Below are positions 38,322 to 48,778 of a stretch of 64,000 bases of DNA, one piece after another. The notes under the pieces were generated by a model. The model worked only from the letters and a program-made list of their open reading frames with translations, was not told the DNA's origin and made no database searches. Source of the stretch: Rothia sp. (in: high G+C Gram-positive bacteria) (GTDB lineage Bacteria; Actinomycetota; Actinomycetes; Actinomycetales; Micrococcaceae); NCBI RefSeq assembly GCF_015265375.1, contig NZ_JABZXW010000003.1, positions 6,142-70,141 of the forward strand, given 5' to 3'. The translations under genes and the position numbers were made by a program. Within the stretch, counting starts at the first letter, position 1, and each line of letters opens with the position of its first letter.

Positions 38322-38936
38322 TTAAGATTGCGGTTCAGAGTCCGGTACTGCAACCATGTCTGAACGGTTTGAGTCAGTACTTTGACGCGTTTCAGCTTCG
38401 GCTCTGGCTAGTTCTAGTCTTTTGTTCTTTTCGACGATTAGAGCGTTATATTTCCAGCCGGGGATTCGTTCAACAAGCCACCCAACCCAGAGAAGCGCAG
38501 CGGTAATGAGAGCGACAGGAATCAGAAAAATGAGGGCTCTCGGGTCGCGGGTGTGGTCTGAGCCAAGCACGGTGAGTTCCCATAGCAGAAGGACTGGTGC
38601 CGCCATGGAAGGCATCACTATAAAAAGGATGAGGGCATAGTAAATGCCCATCTTGCTACCGGGTTTACCTCTATTTATACGAGCCTGGGTAACGGCTCTC
38701 TCCAGGCGTTTGTATTCCTGCAAGGTTTTGCCGTCTAGAAGCGAAGCGTTAGGGATCTTGGCCATGACGTACCGTACGGCTTCTAAATCTGAGGGCGAGC
38801 AAATAAAGATATGTCCCTGGGACGTAACGGTATATTCTTTCGCGATGTCGAGGCACGCCTGCACGTAACGGTTATTGAGTTCTCGACTCTCCGGGTTTTC
38901 CTTGAGTTGTCGGCGGATGTCTTTCAGCTCTTCCAT
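38322..38936 (-). CDS. Orphan protein with an N-terminal soluble domain and a C-terminal two-TM hairpin; atypically low GC (~50%) and rare codons
   Basis: Start chosen at MEELKDIRR, which has a perfect AAGGAG RBS. The gene uses AGA/AGG/ATA codons not favoured elsewhere in the window. No family recognised. Confidence 0.5.
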   Translation of the reverse strand: MEELKDIRRQLKENPESRELNNRYVQACLDIAKEYTVTSQGHIFICSPSDLEAVRYVMAKIPNASLLDGKTLQEYKRLERAVTQARINRGKPGSKMGIYYALILFIVMPSMAAPVLLLWELTVLGSDHTRDPRALIFLIPVALITAALLWVGWLVERIPGWKYNALIVEKNKRLELARAEAETRQSTDSNRSDMVAVPDSEPQS

Positions 38937-39273
38937 GTTTCTCCTTGCAATTTCAGTCGTCGTTGAACCCATCGTTGAGGCACGAGAAACACAGGCCATC
39001 CCCTACCCGCTGCGGGGTGGAGAAGCCGGAGTATTGAATTGCGGTGTATCGGTGTGTACTTCACAGAATGCCAGCTCTTCAGGTTCAGGCAAAATTGACG
39101 GGGCATCCTGAGATGCTTCAACGGCGGTGCATACATCTCATATATAACGGCCAGTTATAGACAAAACCCGCTACGGGTACGGTACGGAGGCACCCCTCCC
39201 CTATGATGGTTGAAAGGGGTATTTACCCCTACCATCATCTGCAGTACACGCCCACGAGCCTACGAGGAAGAGC

Positions 39274-39885
39274 ATGACCAAAGCGACCGATTCGCCGCAG
39301 CCGCCGGAAGCACTCGCGCGCTGGTACACTCGCTATTCGAGCCCCGTCGGCGTGCTCTACCTTGCCGCCCGTACGGATGCGATTGTGGGCATCTGGTACG
39401 AGGATCAGGCGCACTTCCCGCTCCCCCATGAGCTTGGTGGACTGATTGAAAACCCCGGTGACTATCTGCGGGGGCACAACGTTGCAGAAGGTGAAGAGCC
39501 AGCCGGTGAGTATGCGGCAGCGCAGTTGCTGTCCCGTGCCGAGGCGGAGCTCTCCGAGTATTTTGAGCGCAAGCGCACTTCTTTTACGTTGCCCCTAGAC
39601 CCTGAGGGCACCGATTTTCAGCTGATTGTGTGGGAGCACCTGAAGACTGTTCCTGCCGGGTACACCACCACGTACGGCGAGATTTCGCGTGCGGTTGGCC
39701 CCGGCGCTCCGGCGCAGGCTGTGGGGCAGGCGGTCGGCCGCAATAAGGTTTCTATTATGATTCCGTGTCACCGCGTTATTGGTGCTGATGGTAGTTTGAC
39801 TGGCTACGCTGGCGGTGTTGAGCGTAAGCAGTTCCTCCTGGATCTGGAGGAGCCGGAAGAGGTGCGGGAGGCGCGGCTCTTCTAG
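39274..39885 (+). CDS. ogt: Methylated-DNA--protein-cysteine methyltransferase
   Basis: Active-site motif IPCHRVIG is present. Confidence 0.85.
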   Translation: MTKATDSPQPPEALARWYTRYSSPVGVLYLAARTDAIVGIWYEDQAHFPLPHELGGLIENPGDYLRGHNVAEGEEPAGEYAAAQLLSRAEAELSEYFERKRTSFTLPLDPEGTDFQLIVWEHLKTVPAGYTTTYGEISRAVGPGAPAQAVGQAVGRNKVSIMIPCHRVIGADGSLTGYAGGVERKQFLLDLEEPEEVREARLF

Positions 39886-40113
39886 CTAGGTCACCCGGCG
39901 GTGTCACTCGGCGGTGTTTGAGACTTATCAGAGGGCGGAGCATGCATCGGATGCGGGCTCTGCCCTTTGTCGTACCTATTTTCGGTTTCGTTGCTCTGCA
40001 CCACGACATATAATCGAATATACTTGCGATTTACTCACGCTAGGGCTACTGTTTAAGTAGAACATGCTTCCGAAATATTCGGATGAGCTCAGCACTCTCA
40101 GAGAGGAGAAACC

Positions 40114-40902
40114 GTGACCTCACAGCCTACTATTCCCGCCAACCCCCTCGAAAACCCCCTGAGTTACCCCACGTGGGTGACCGATGAGCTTCTGCGCGAC
40201 TACTACGACACCGAATGGGGTATGCCCGTCACCGATGAGCGGGGACTCTTCGAAGCCCTGAGCCTCGAGGCTTTTCAGGTGGGCCTCTCCTGGCGCACGA
40301 TTCTTGCCCGCCGTGAGGCATTTCGTCGCGCTTTCGAGGGGTTCGATCCCGAACGTGTAGCTGCGTTCACTGATCAGGATGTTGCGCGGCTCCTCCAGGA
40401 CGAAGAGATTATCCGTAACGAGCGGAAGATTCGCGCGGTCATCTCCAATGCACAACTGACCCTTCGGATGCGTGAGCTTGCCGCCACGCCGTATGACGCA
40501 TCCGCGGAGGATATTAATCTTCCCCTCATTGCTCCGGCATCCATCTCAGCTAAGGCAGACAGTACCGAGGCGACAGCCGCACGCCGCCGTCGAGTTCGTA
40601 CGCTAAGCGATGAAGACCTGGACCGGATGCGCGAGCGCACCCTGCCTGACGGCACACGTGTACCGGGCGGGCTGCCGGCGTGGCTGTGGTCCTTCGCGCC
40701 ACACGAGACTATCGCGCCGCATACCCTGGAGGATATCCCGACAGATACACCCGAGTCCGCGCTTCTTGCCAAATCTTTTAAAGCTCTAGGAGGTGTGTTC
40801 TTGGGTCCGGTGACCGCCTATGCGCTTATGTGCGCGGTCGGTATGGTCAACGCGCACCTGGTGGACTCGCATCGGCGAGGCTGTTCGGGGCTCTTTACCT
40901 AA
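40114..40902 (+). CDS. tag: DNA-3-methyladenine glycosylase I with a C-terminal extension
   Basis: N-terminal Tag core YYDTEWGMPVTDERGLFEALSLEAFQVGLSWRTIL. Confidence 0.8.
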   Translation: MTSQPTIPANPLENPLSYPTWVTDELLRDYYDTEWGMPVTDERGLFEALSLEAFQVGLSWRTILARREAFRRAFEGFDPERVAAFTDQDVARLLQDEEIIRNERKIRAVISNAQLTLRMRELAATPYDASAEDINLPLIAPASISAKADSTEATAARRRRVRTLSDEDLDRMRERTLPDGTRVPGGLPAWLWSFAPHETIAPHTLEDIPTDTPESALLAKSFKALGGVFLGPVTAYALMCAVGMVNAHLVDSHRRGCSGLFT

Positions 40903-41038
40903 GCCCCCTCGCCCTAAGCTCCCCACGCTTGGCGTGCTTGCGTGCAAGGGCGCAGAAAAGCCGCGCGCCACTTCGTAGAAGTAAGCACGCGGCTTCTATA
41001 CGTTGAGAGGTTCCGCTCTGAATTAGATCGCCACAGGG

Positions 41039-41428
41039 TTAGATCATCACGAAGAGGAAAATCAGCGCCAGCAGCGGCGGGGTCAGCTGAATCAGTGCCG
41101 GCTTGCGCTTATCCGGGGAGGTGAGGAACAGGTAGACACCGGCAATCGCCATGGAGCCCAGGCCTGCGAACATGAGCGCCACGCCCACCTGCGGGGAGCC
41201 GAACCAGAAGGCAAGTAGACCGGTTGCTGCAATCCAGGCGAGCATCAGGTTGTACAGGCCCTGGTTTGCCGCCATTTCCTTGGTGGACTCGGCAAATTCT
41301 TCGGTCATTCCGAAGGTCTCGCGGCCCTTGGGCTTAGTCCACAGGAATGATTCAATAATCCAGATGTACACGTGAATAGCGATTGCTACGAAGGCAAAGA
41401 CGGTAGTAATCGTTGCGAGCGTCTGCAT
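41039..41428 (-). CDS. DUF1304-family small membrane protein
   Basis: 129 aa with four TM helices. Start at MQTLATITT with an AAGGAAAAAACA RBS. Confidence 0.6.
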   Translation of the reverse strand: MQTLATITTVFAFVAIAIHVYIWIIESFLWTKPKGRETFGMTEEFAESTKEMAANQGLYNLMLAWIAATGLLAFWFGSPQVGVALMFAGLGSMAIAGVYLFLTSPDKRKPALIQLTPPLLALIFLFVMI

Positions 41429-41675
41429 TGTTTTTTCCTTAAGCAGTAGGTGTTCTATTAGGCACCTGCCCGTTCTTTCTTCTGGAGCACAATCTGTGGT
41501 GATGTGCAGAATCATGCAGGAGCAAGCACAAGAAGTAATTCTACGCCTCTTCCCGGCTTGTTGGAACTTCCCTGAATATGCACAGAACCCCTCGATTCGT
41601 CTCCTGCAGAGAAAACTGCAGGGTTCTTATCGAGGGGTTTCGTATGCTGGGTTACACCGAATCCGTTATCGGCCT

Positions 41676-43298
41676 TTAGCCCATCATGAGCGACAGAGCG
41701 AAGGACCAGACGCAGACCAGGCCCAGCAGAATAGCGCTGTACTTAATGGACATGGAGGTAATCTTCGATTCCTCACCGGCGCTATTTACTGCCGCCGCCG
41801 CAATCGCAATGGACTGCGGAGAGACGATCTTACCCATCACGCCACCTGCGGTGTTTGCGGCAACGAGCAGGGTCGGGTCAACAGCAATCTGAGCTGCGGT
41901 GGTGGACTGCAGACCCGCGAAGAGCACGTTAGCGTTCGTCACGGAGCCGGTCACGAACACACCAATCCAACCGATGATCGGGGACAGCAGCGGGAAGACC
42001 GGACCCGCTGCCGCGAGCGCCAGAGCAATGGAAGTGGTCATACCGGCGTGGTTCATCACGTTTGCGACGGACATGACCAGACAGATCATGAGGATCGGCA
42101 TCTTCAGCTGGTTCCAGGTGCCGCCGAGCTCTTCAAAGGCTTCACCCCAGCTAATCTTCGAGGTCAGCACGGTAATGAGTGCCGCCACCAGAATTGCGGT
42201 GCCGGATGCGCCCAGGGTGTTCCATGAGAACATTGCGGTCACGGTCTTACCTGCACCGGTGACGATTGCCTCGTGGATGCCGGGGATGGGGAACGCCAGG
42301 GTTGCGGCGCCCAGCGGACCAGTGGTTGCGAACACGGGCTTGAGCGCGGTGGACCAGAGCAGGATGGTTGCGGAGAGGAAGATGAAGGGGCTCCACGCCT
42401 TAACAATCTCAGCGCCGGTGTGCTTGACGCTCTGCTGTGCCTGAACTTCTTCGAGGCTGGGAGCGGTGGGTTCGCGGTAGATGTGCTTGGGCTGCCACTT
42501 CTGCATCACGAGCGCCAGTGCTACCAGGGACAGCAGCGGCGGGATGATGTCGACCAGTTCGGGCGAGCCGAGCAGTATCAGGATAGCTGCCTGACCGCCG
42601 GAGAAGATCACGCCGGTCATGAGCGCTACGAGACCGACTTCGCGGATGCCGCGCATACCGTCCTGGATTGCGACCATCAGCAGCGGCACGAAGGCGACGA
42701 AGATCTGCAGTACCGGAACCATGCCTGCGGACAGGTGCGCGGTGTCCAGGCCGCCGACCTTAGCTGCGGTGGTCACGGGAATGCCGATAGCGCCGTATGC
42801 GCCGGATGCGGCGTTAGCTACCAGCGCCAGCATGGATGCCTTGAGGGGGTTGAAACCCAGGGATACCAGCAGCGCCGCGGAGATAGCGATCGGGATGCCG
42901 AAGCCTGCCGCGCCTTCGATGAAGCCACCGAAGCAGAAGGCAATCAGCAGCACCTGGATGCGCTGATCGTTCGAGATGGAGGAGACAGATGCCCGCACAA
43001 TGTCGAAGTTACCGGCGCGCACGGCGATGCGGTAGAGCCACACCGCCATGAGTACGATCCAGCCGATGGGCCATGCGCCCGAGAGGAAGCCGGAGAGGAT
43101 AGAACCGGCACCTGCGGTGATGGGCAGGCCGAAGATGGCACAGCCGATGATGAGGGTGGTGCCGAGGGTCAGCAGCGCTGATTTGAGGCCGCTGAGTTTC
43201 AGGACGGTCAGGCCCAGCAGGAAGAGAATGATGGGCACTGCGGCAACCAGTGCGGAGAGCACCGGTGCGTTTAGCGGGTCGTAGGTTTGCTGCCACAT
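41676..43298 (-). CDS. lctP: L-lactate permease (LctP family), paralog 1
   Basis: 541 aa from MWQQTYDPLN. Polytopic and LctP-like throughout. Confidence 0.85.
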   Translation of the reverse strand: MWQQTYDPLNAPVLSALVAAVPIILFLLGLTVLKLSGLKSALLTLGTTLIIGCAIFGLPITAGAGSILSGFLSGAWPIGWIVLMAVWLYRIAVRAGNFDIVRASVSSISNDQRIQVLLIAFCFGGFIEGAAGFGIPIAISAALLVSLGFNPLKASMLALVANAASGAYGAIGIPVTTAAKVGGLDTAHLSAGMVPVLQIFVAFVPLLMVAIQDGMRGIREVGLVALMTGVIFSGGQAAILILLGSPELVDIIPPLLSLVALALVMQKWQPKHIYREPTAPSLEEVQAQQSVKHTGAEIVKAWSPFIFLSATILLWSTALKPVFATTGPLGAATLAFPIPGIHEAIVTGAGKTVTAMFSWNTLGASGTAILVAALITVLTSKISWGEAFEELGGTWNQLKMPILMICLVMSVANVMNHAGMTTSIALALAAAGPVFPLLSPIIGWIGVFVTGSVTNANVLFAGLQSTTAAQIAVDPTLLVAANTAGGVMGKIVSPQSIAIAAAAVNSAGEESKITSMSIKYSAILLGLVCVWSFALSLMMG

Positions 43299-43689
43299 TG
43301 GGGCGGGTGTTCCTTTCGGTCTGTGTGTATTAGCGGTCGCTTCTTCCGGTACGGCGCCTGCGCTGTATGGAAGCATTAGGCCGCATAAAAACCGATGGCC
43401 CCGGTCCTTGCGTCGTGGATGGGTCCATCGGTGAAGCGTGATGGTCTTGAGCTGCCGGGCGTTTGGTTGTATGACGTGGCGATATGCCGAGGCCATATAC
43501 CGGGGCCATATACCGGGGCGCGGCGGCGGTGAGCGGAACCTTTCCCTCTCACTAGGTGCTCTTGACTTTATCTGTCTAAGCTAACAGGTCTTCCTCGAGA
43601 CTTCAGGATAGGGTGACCTTAAGTGTGCACAAATGAAACTTATGTGCATAATTGCGCTCCTTAGCCGCGAACCTCCTCCCCAGCGCACA

Positions 43690-43736
43690 AATACAGAAAT
43701 GCGAAAGCCCCCTCCTACCGAAGTAGAAGGGGGCTT
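43690..43736 (-). terminator. Intrinsic terminator after lctP paralog 2 (AAGCCCCCTCCTAC cgaa GTAGAAGGGGGCTT plus a T-rich tract on minus)
   Basis: 14-bp stem with one mismatch, seen directly. It separates the two permease genes into independent transcripts. Confidence 0.65.
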
Positions 43737-43807
43737 GATACAGACCGTGTCGCGGGTACCTCACCTTTCAGAGAAGGTAGGTTACACGCATCAGGTACTC
43801 ACGCTAT

Positions 43808-45445
43808 TTACAGGCCGACCAGGGACAGGACGTAAACCCAAACACAGGTGATAGCCAGCAGTGCTGCACTGTACTTGATCGCCATGGAGGTAATCTTGGA
43901 TTCCTCGCCGGAGCTGTTCACTGCAGCAGCTGCAATTGCGATGGACTGCGGGGAAACAATCTTCGCCATCACACCACCGGCGGTGTTAGATGCAACCAGC
44001 AGGGTCTGGCTGACGCCAATCTGCTGTGCGGTGGTAGCCTGCAGGCCAGCGAAGAGGATGTTGTTGTTCACCACGGAGCCGGTCACGAACACGCCAATCC
44101 AACCGATGATCGGGGACAGCAGCGGGAAGATAGCACCCACAGCGGCAACAGCCAGTGCGATGGAGGTAATCATACCCGCGTAGTTCATGACGTTAGCAAC
44201 GGACATGACCAGGCAGATCATGAGGATCGGGGTCTGCAGCTGCTTCCAGGTTGCACCGAGTTCCTCGATAGCCTCGCCCCAGCTGATGGAGGAGGTCAGG
44301 ATGGTGATGATTGCAGCCACCAGAATTGCGGTACCGGAAGCACCAATGATGTTCCAGGTGTAGGTCACGTCAATTGCCTTGGGGGTTGCAACGATCGGTG
44401 CGGTCTGCTGGATGGTCTGGTGCAGCCACGGAACGGGGAAGGTGATGTTACTGAAGGCCAGCAGACCCCCCTTAGCAAAGAGCGGCTTCATCGCGGTGGA
44501 CCAGAGCAGAATCACGACGGACAGGTAGACGAAGGGGCTCCATGCTTTGAGGATTTCACTACCGGTGTGCTTGACGCTCTGCTGAGCCTGAACTTCTTCC
44601 AGGGAGGGAGCGGTGGGCTCACGGAAGATGTGCTTGGGCTGCCACTTCTGCATAACCAGTGCCAGAGCGACCAGTGCCAGCAGCGGCGGGATGATGTCGA
44701 CCAGCTCGGGGTTACCCAGGGCTGCGAGCAGAACGGACTGGCCGCCGGAGTAGATCAGGCCAACCATGAGAGCTACCAGACCGACCTCGCGGATACCGCG
44801 GATGCCATCCTGAATAGCAACAAGCAGTACGGGGATGAGAGCCGCCATGATCTGGATAACCAGGACCATTTCGATGGACAGTGCATGCAGGTCCACGCCG
44901 CCGCGGGTTGCCGCGGTGGTCACGGGGATGCCGATAGCGCCGTATGCACCGGAGCTCACGTTAGCAATCAGCGCGAACATTGCGGCCTTGAGCGGGTTGA
45001 AGCCCAGGGACACGAGCAACGCAGCACAGATAGCAATCGGGATACCGAAGCCTGCAGCGCCTTCAAGGAAGCCGCCGAAGCAGAATGCAATCAGCAGCAT
45101 CTGGATGCGCTGGTCGGTAGAGATGGAGGAGATGGAGGAACGAACGATTTCGAAGCCGCCGGAACGCACGGAAATGCGGTAGAGCCACACTGCCATGAGA
45201 ACGATCCAGCCGATGGGCCACATGCCCGAGAGGAAACCGTAGAGGATGGAGCCTGCACCTGCGGTGACGGGCATACCGAAGATAGCGCAACCGATGACGA
45301 GTGCGAGCGCCAGGGAGATGACGGCAGATTTAATACCGCTGAGCTTCAGGACGGTGAGGCCCAGAAGGAAGAAAATAATCGGGACTGCTGCCACGAGTGC
45401 GGAGAGTGCGCTCGAGTTCAGCGGGTCGTAGACTTGCTGCCACAT
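43808..45445 (-). CDS. lctP: L-lactate permease (LctP family), paralog 2
   Basis: 545 aa from MWQQVYDPLN; about 75-80% identical to paralog 1 over the aligned length. Confidence 0.85.
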   Translation of the reverse strand: MWQQVYDPLNSSALSALVAAVPIIFFLLGLTVLKLSGIKSAVISLALALVIGCAIFGMPVTAGAGSILYGFLSGMWPIGWIVLMAVWLYRISVRSGGFEIVRSSISSISTDQRIQMLLIAFCFGGFLEGAAGFGIPIAICAALLVSLGFNPLKAAMFALIANVSSGAYGAIGIPVTTAATRGGVDLHALSIEMVLVIQIMAALIPVLLVAIQDGIRGIREVGLVALMVGLIYSGGQSVLLAALGNPELVDIIPPLLALVALALVMQKWQPKHIFREPTAPSLEEVQAQQSVKHTGSEILKAWSPFVYLSVVILLWSTAMKPLFAKGGLLAFSNITFPVPWLHQTIQQTAPIVATPKAIDVTYTWNIIGASGTAILVAAIITILTSSISWGEAIEELGATWKQLQTPILMICLVMSVANVMNYAGMITSIALAVAAVGAIFPLLSPIIGWIGVFVTGSVVNNNILFAGLQATTAQQIGVSQTLLVASNTAGGVMAKIVSPQSIAIAAAAVNSSGEESKITSMAIKYSAALLAITCVWVYVLSLVGL

Positions 45446-45984
45446 AATGTACTGTGTTCCTTTCCGCGTCCATATAGAACGGGATCGAGTTGTGTCGTAA
45501 AGCCATCCCAATGGTGCGCGTGGCGGTGTGTGTGCCGTATGCATCAGGCGTGTTTTCCCGTTGCTTTGTGCGGTGGGGAGGCTACCCCACGGGGATATTT
45601 GCCTTTGCTTGGGTTCGTGTTGGTTTTACGACTATGAAATTTAGCGTGAATGAAGCCGTGTTCTAGTCACAAAAACCTAATTAATCCTTGATTTGTCAAG
45701 GAAAAATTAGTACCGAAGTTGAAGTTTCTGGTTCCTAAAACGCGGTTCCTTGATTACCAATGTACCACCCGTCACCCACAAAATCGGGCATATTCCAACA
45801 TTTAGATTGAAGCTCATAATTGCACACTAACCTAAAGCCCACCCCGAATTGAGGGCTGGTCCAAGCCACTCCCCCGGTATCTCAAGGAAGAGAGTGCACT
45901 TCGGTACTTCCAATCGTGTTTTTGGCGCCGACTCCCGCATTTCCTCATCCAAGCAATCAAAACATAAACCCACTAAACGGCATA

Positions 45985-46022
45985 CAAAAAAGCTCCGGAA
46001 GGAAAACCTTCCGGAGCTTTAT
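45985..46022. terminator. Bidirectional terminator hairpin (AGCTCCGGAAGG aaaa CCTTCCGGAGCT) flanked by an A6 run and TTTAT, immediately 3' of tRNA-Pro
   Basis: 12-bp perfect stem. Confidence 0.75.
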
Positions 46023-46025
46023 CTG

Positions 46026-46099
<74 letters not shown>

Positions 46100-46338
46100 A
46101 TTCGTTATTCACGATATTGTTTTCAAGGTTTCCCCTGAACACTCGAATAACTATACCGGGCTTTTAACCCCCGCGCAAGCCAGAATCCCTATTTTTAGAA
46201 AAAATCTTAAAAATCTTTTCCTCACGGATTTTTCGTGCAGATTTTCCGCACAGAATCCAGCGCGCGGGAGCCAAGCCTAGCACAAGCCTAGCAAGGGAGC
46301 CAGCCCAGCAACACGGCATCAGGCAGACACCCCCGCTA

Positions 46339-47958
46339 CTAGCGGCGGCCGCCCTTACCCTTCTTAGCCTTCGCGCTCTGACGCTCACCCAGGGAGCGGC
46401 GCTCACGCACACGCATCGAAATCTCAATCGGAGTACCCGTGAAATCAAAAGTCTCACGCAGACGACGCATAATGAAGCGACGGTAACCCGGGTCCAAGAA
46501 ACCGGTAGTAAACAGCACGAACTTCGGCGGACGCGAAGACACCTGAGTACCAAAGAGAATACGCGGCTGCTTACCACCACGCAGCGGGTGCGGATGCGCA
46601 GCAACAATCTCGCCCAGGAACGCGTTCAGGCGACCGGTCGGAATACGCGAATCCCACGACTCCAGCGAGTGCTCCAGCGCCGGCACCAGCTTGTCCTTGT
46701 GCCAGCCGGTCTTCGCCGAAATGTTCACGCGAGGAGCCCACTGCACGTGCGCCAGGTCGCGCTCAATCTCGCGCTCAAGCATGTCGCGGCGATCCTCATC
46801 GAGGGTATCCCACTTATTGAATGCCAGAACCATCGCACGACCCGAATCAATCACGGTCTGCACAATACGCACATCCTGCTCAGAAATCGGCTCAGAAACA
46901 TCCAGCAGCACCACGGCAACCTCAGAACGCTCCAGAGCAGTCTGAGTACGCAGCGAAGAGTAGAACTCCGCGCCCTTAGCCATGTGCTGGCGACGGCGAA
47001 TACCCGCGGTATCCACAAAACGCCAGGGGTAGCCGCCCAGCTCAATAATCTCGTCAATCGGGTCACGAGTCGTACCAGCCAGGTCATTCACCACGGCACG
47101 CTCAGAACCAGCCAGCTTATTCAGCAGCGACGACTTACCCACGTTCGGGCGACCCACCAGAGCCACACGACGCGGGCCGCCCAGCGCCTCCGGCTGAGCG
47201 AACTGCGAGTGCTCCGGCATGACCTCAAGGATTTCGTCCAGAGCATCCGCCAGGCCACGACCGTGCAGACCCGACACCGGGAACGGCTGACCCATACCCA
47301 GCGACCAGAGGTTATAAATCTCCGGCTCCAGGTGAGCGTCGTCAATCTTGTTAGCAATCAGAATGATCGGCTTCTTCACGCGGCGCAGCATACGCACAAT
47401 CTGCTCGTCCGAAGCGGTCACACCCACACGGGCATCCACCACCAGGACCACAACATCGGCCTGCTCCACGGCAATCTCAGCCTGCTCAGCAACCTGAGCA
47501 TCAATACCGCGAGCGTCAGACTCCCAACCACCGGTATCAACCAGGGTGAAGCTCTTACCCAGCCACTCAGCCTTATAGGACACGCGGTCACGAGTCACAC
47601 CCGGCTTATCCTCAACCACCGCTTCACGGCGGCCCAGAATACGGTTAATGATGGTCGACTTACCCACGTTCGGGCGGCCAACAATCGCCACTACCGGATC
47701 AGCGAGCTGCTCTTCCTCTTCCTCAATGTCGAAACCCCAGGCACCCAGCAGGGCGCGGTCCTCTTCATCCAGGTCGTAGTCCTCAAGACCCTCAAGCAGA
47801 GCCTGAGCACGCTGGTCAGCGGTCTCATCATCAATCTCAGCGAGGCGCTCGGTAACGTCGTCCTCGCCACCGCCCAGGTACTTATCTTCGTAATCGTCGC
47901 GGATAGCGTCCTCAGCCATGCGCATTCCTTTCTCTACCCGCCCCCGCGCCCAACCCAT
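46339..47958 (-). CDS. der: Ribosome-biogenesis GTPase Der (EngA), two tandem GTP-binding domains and a KH-like C-terminus, with an acidic N-terminal extension
   Basis: Two G1 motifs, GRPNVGKST and GRPNVGKSS, plus DTGG/DTAG motifs. The start is uncertain and may lie a few codons downstream. Confidence 0.85.
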   Translation of the reverse strand: MGWARGRVEKGMRMAEDAIRDDYEDKYLGGGEDDVTERLAEIDDETADQRAQALLEGLEDYDLDEEDRALLGAWGFDIEEEEEQLADPVVAIVGRPNVGKSTIINRILGRREAVVEDKPGVTRDRVSYKAEWLGKSFTLVDTGGWESDARGIDAQVAEQAEIAVEQADVVVLVVDARVGVTASDEQIVRMLRRVKKPIILIANKIDDAHLEPEIYNLWSLGMGQPFPVSGLHGRGLADALDEILEVMPEHSQFAQPEALGGPRRVALVGRPNVGKSSLLNKLAGSERAVVNDLAGTTRDPIDEIIELGGYPWRFVDTAGIRRRQHMAKGAEFYSSLRTQTALERSEVAVVLLDVSEPISEQDVRIVQTVIDSGRAMVLAFNKWDTLDEDRRDMLEREIERDLAHVQWAPRVNISAKTGWHKDKLVPALEHSLESWDSRIPTGRLNAFLGEIVAAHPHPLRGGKQPRILFGTQVSSRPPKFVLFTTGFLDPGYRRFIMRRLRETFDFTGTPIEISMRVRERRSLGERQSAKAKKGKGGRR

Positions 47959-48031
47959 TGGTCAGCACGCGAGCACGGCTCAACGTCTTATCGGGAGCGG
48001 ATGCACCACTCCCCCAGCGTTTCGGCGGGGC

Positions 48032-48730
48032 CTAGCCCGCGCGCTTCGCCTTCAACTGGTCATTCACAGCGTTAATCACTGCAGAGACCGTCGCATTAAA
48101 ATCAAGATCCGAGCTGTCCACCAGGGTCACGCCCTCGGCAGCTTCCATAAAGTTATTGACCTTCGAATCCTTCGCATCACGCTCAGCGATCTGCTTGCTC
48201 AAATCACCCGAAGCACCCGACTTCTCAGAGTTCTCCAGGCCACGGCGCGCCATGCGCACCTCTTCAGAAGCAGTCAGCAGGATGCGCGCATCAGCATCGG
48301 GAGCGACCACGGTGGTAATGTCGCGGCCCTCAGCGACCATGCCGTTAATAGCGTGGTTAATCATCCACCGCTGCAGGCCAATCAGGTGCTCACGAACCGC
48401 CGGAACCGAAGCCACAGCAGACACAGCCGAAGAAATGCGCTCGCTACGAATCTCCTCACGGATATCGGTTGCGCCCATCAGAATCTCTTCTTCCTTAATG
48501 TTCGTACCGAACACCAGGGGCATCTCCTCGACAGCCTTCGCGATCGCTTCAGCGTCGTTCAGGTCAATGCCAAGTTCCAGCACACGGTAGGTTGCGGCAC
48601 GGTACATTGCACCGGTGTCCAGGTACGCCAGACCAAAGTGGCGTGCAACTTCCTTAGACACAGACGACTTACCGGAACCGGAGGGACCGTCAATAGCAAT
48701 CGTCAGTTTAGGGTTCTCGTGCATCAGCAC
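48032..48730 (-). CDS. cmk: Cytidylate kinase
   Basis: P-loop IAIDGPSGSGKSS is present. Confidence 0.9.
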   Translation of the reverse strand: MLMHENPKLTIAIDGPSGSGKSSVSKEVARHFGLAYLDTGAMYRAATYRVLELGIDLNDAEAIAKAVEEMPLVFGTNIKEEEILMGATDIREEIRSERISSAVSAVASVPAVREHLIGLQRWMINHAINGMVAEGRDITTVVAPDADARILLTASEEVRMARRGLENSEKSGASGDLSKQIAERDAKDSKVNNFMEAAEGVTLVDSSDLDFNATVSAVINAVNDQLKAKRAG

Positions 48731-48778
48731 TCCTTAAAATTCGTCTCAAACTTTATGCCGGAAAATACAGCTTTAACT

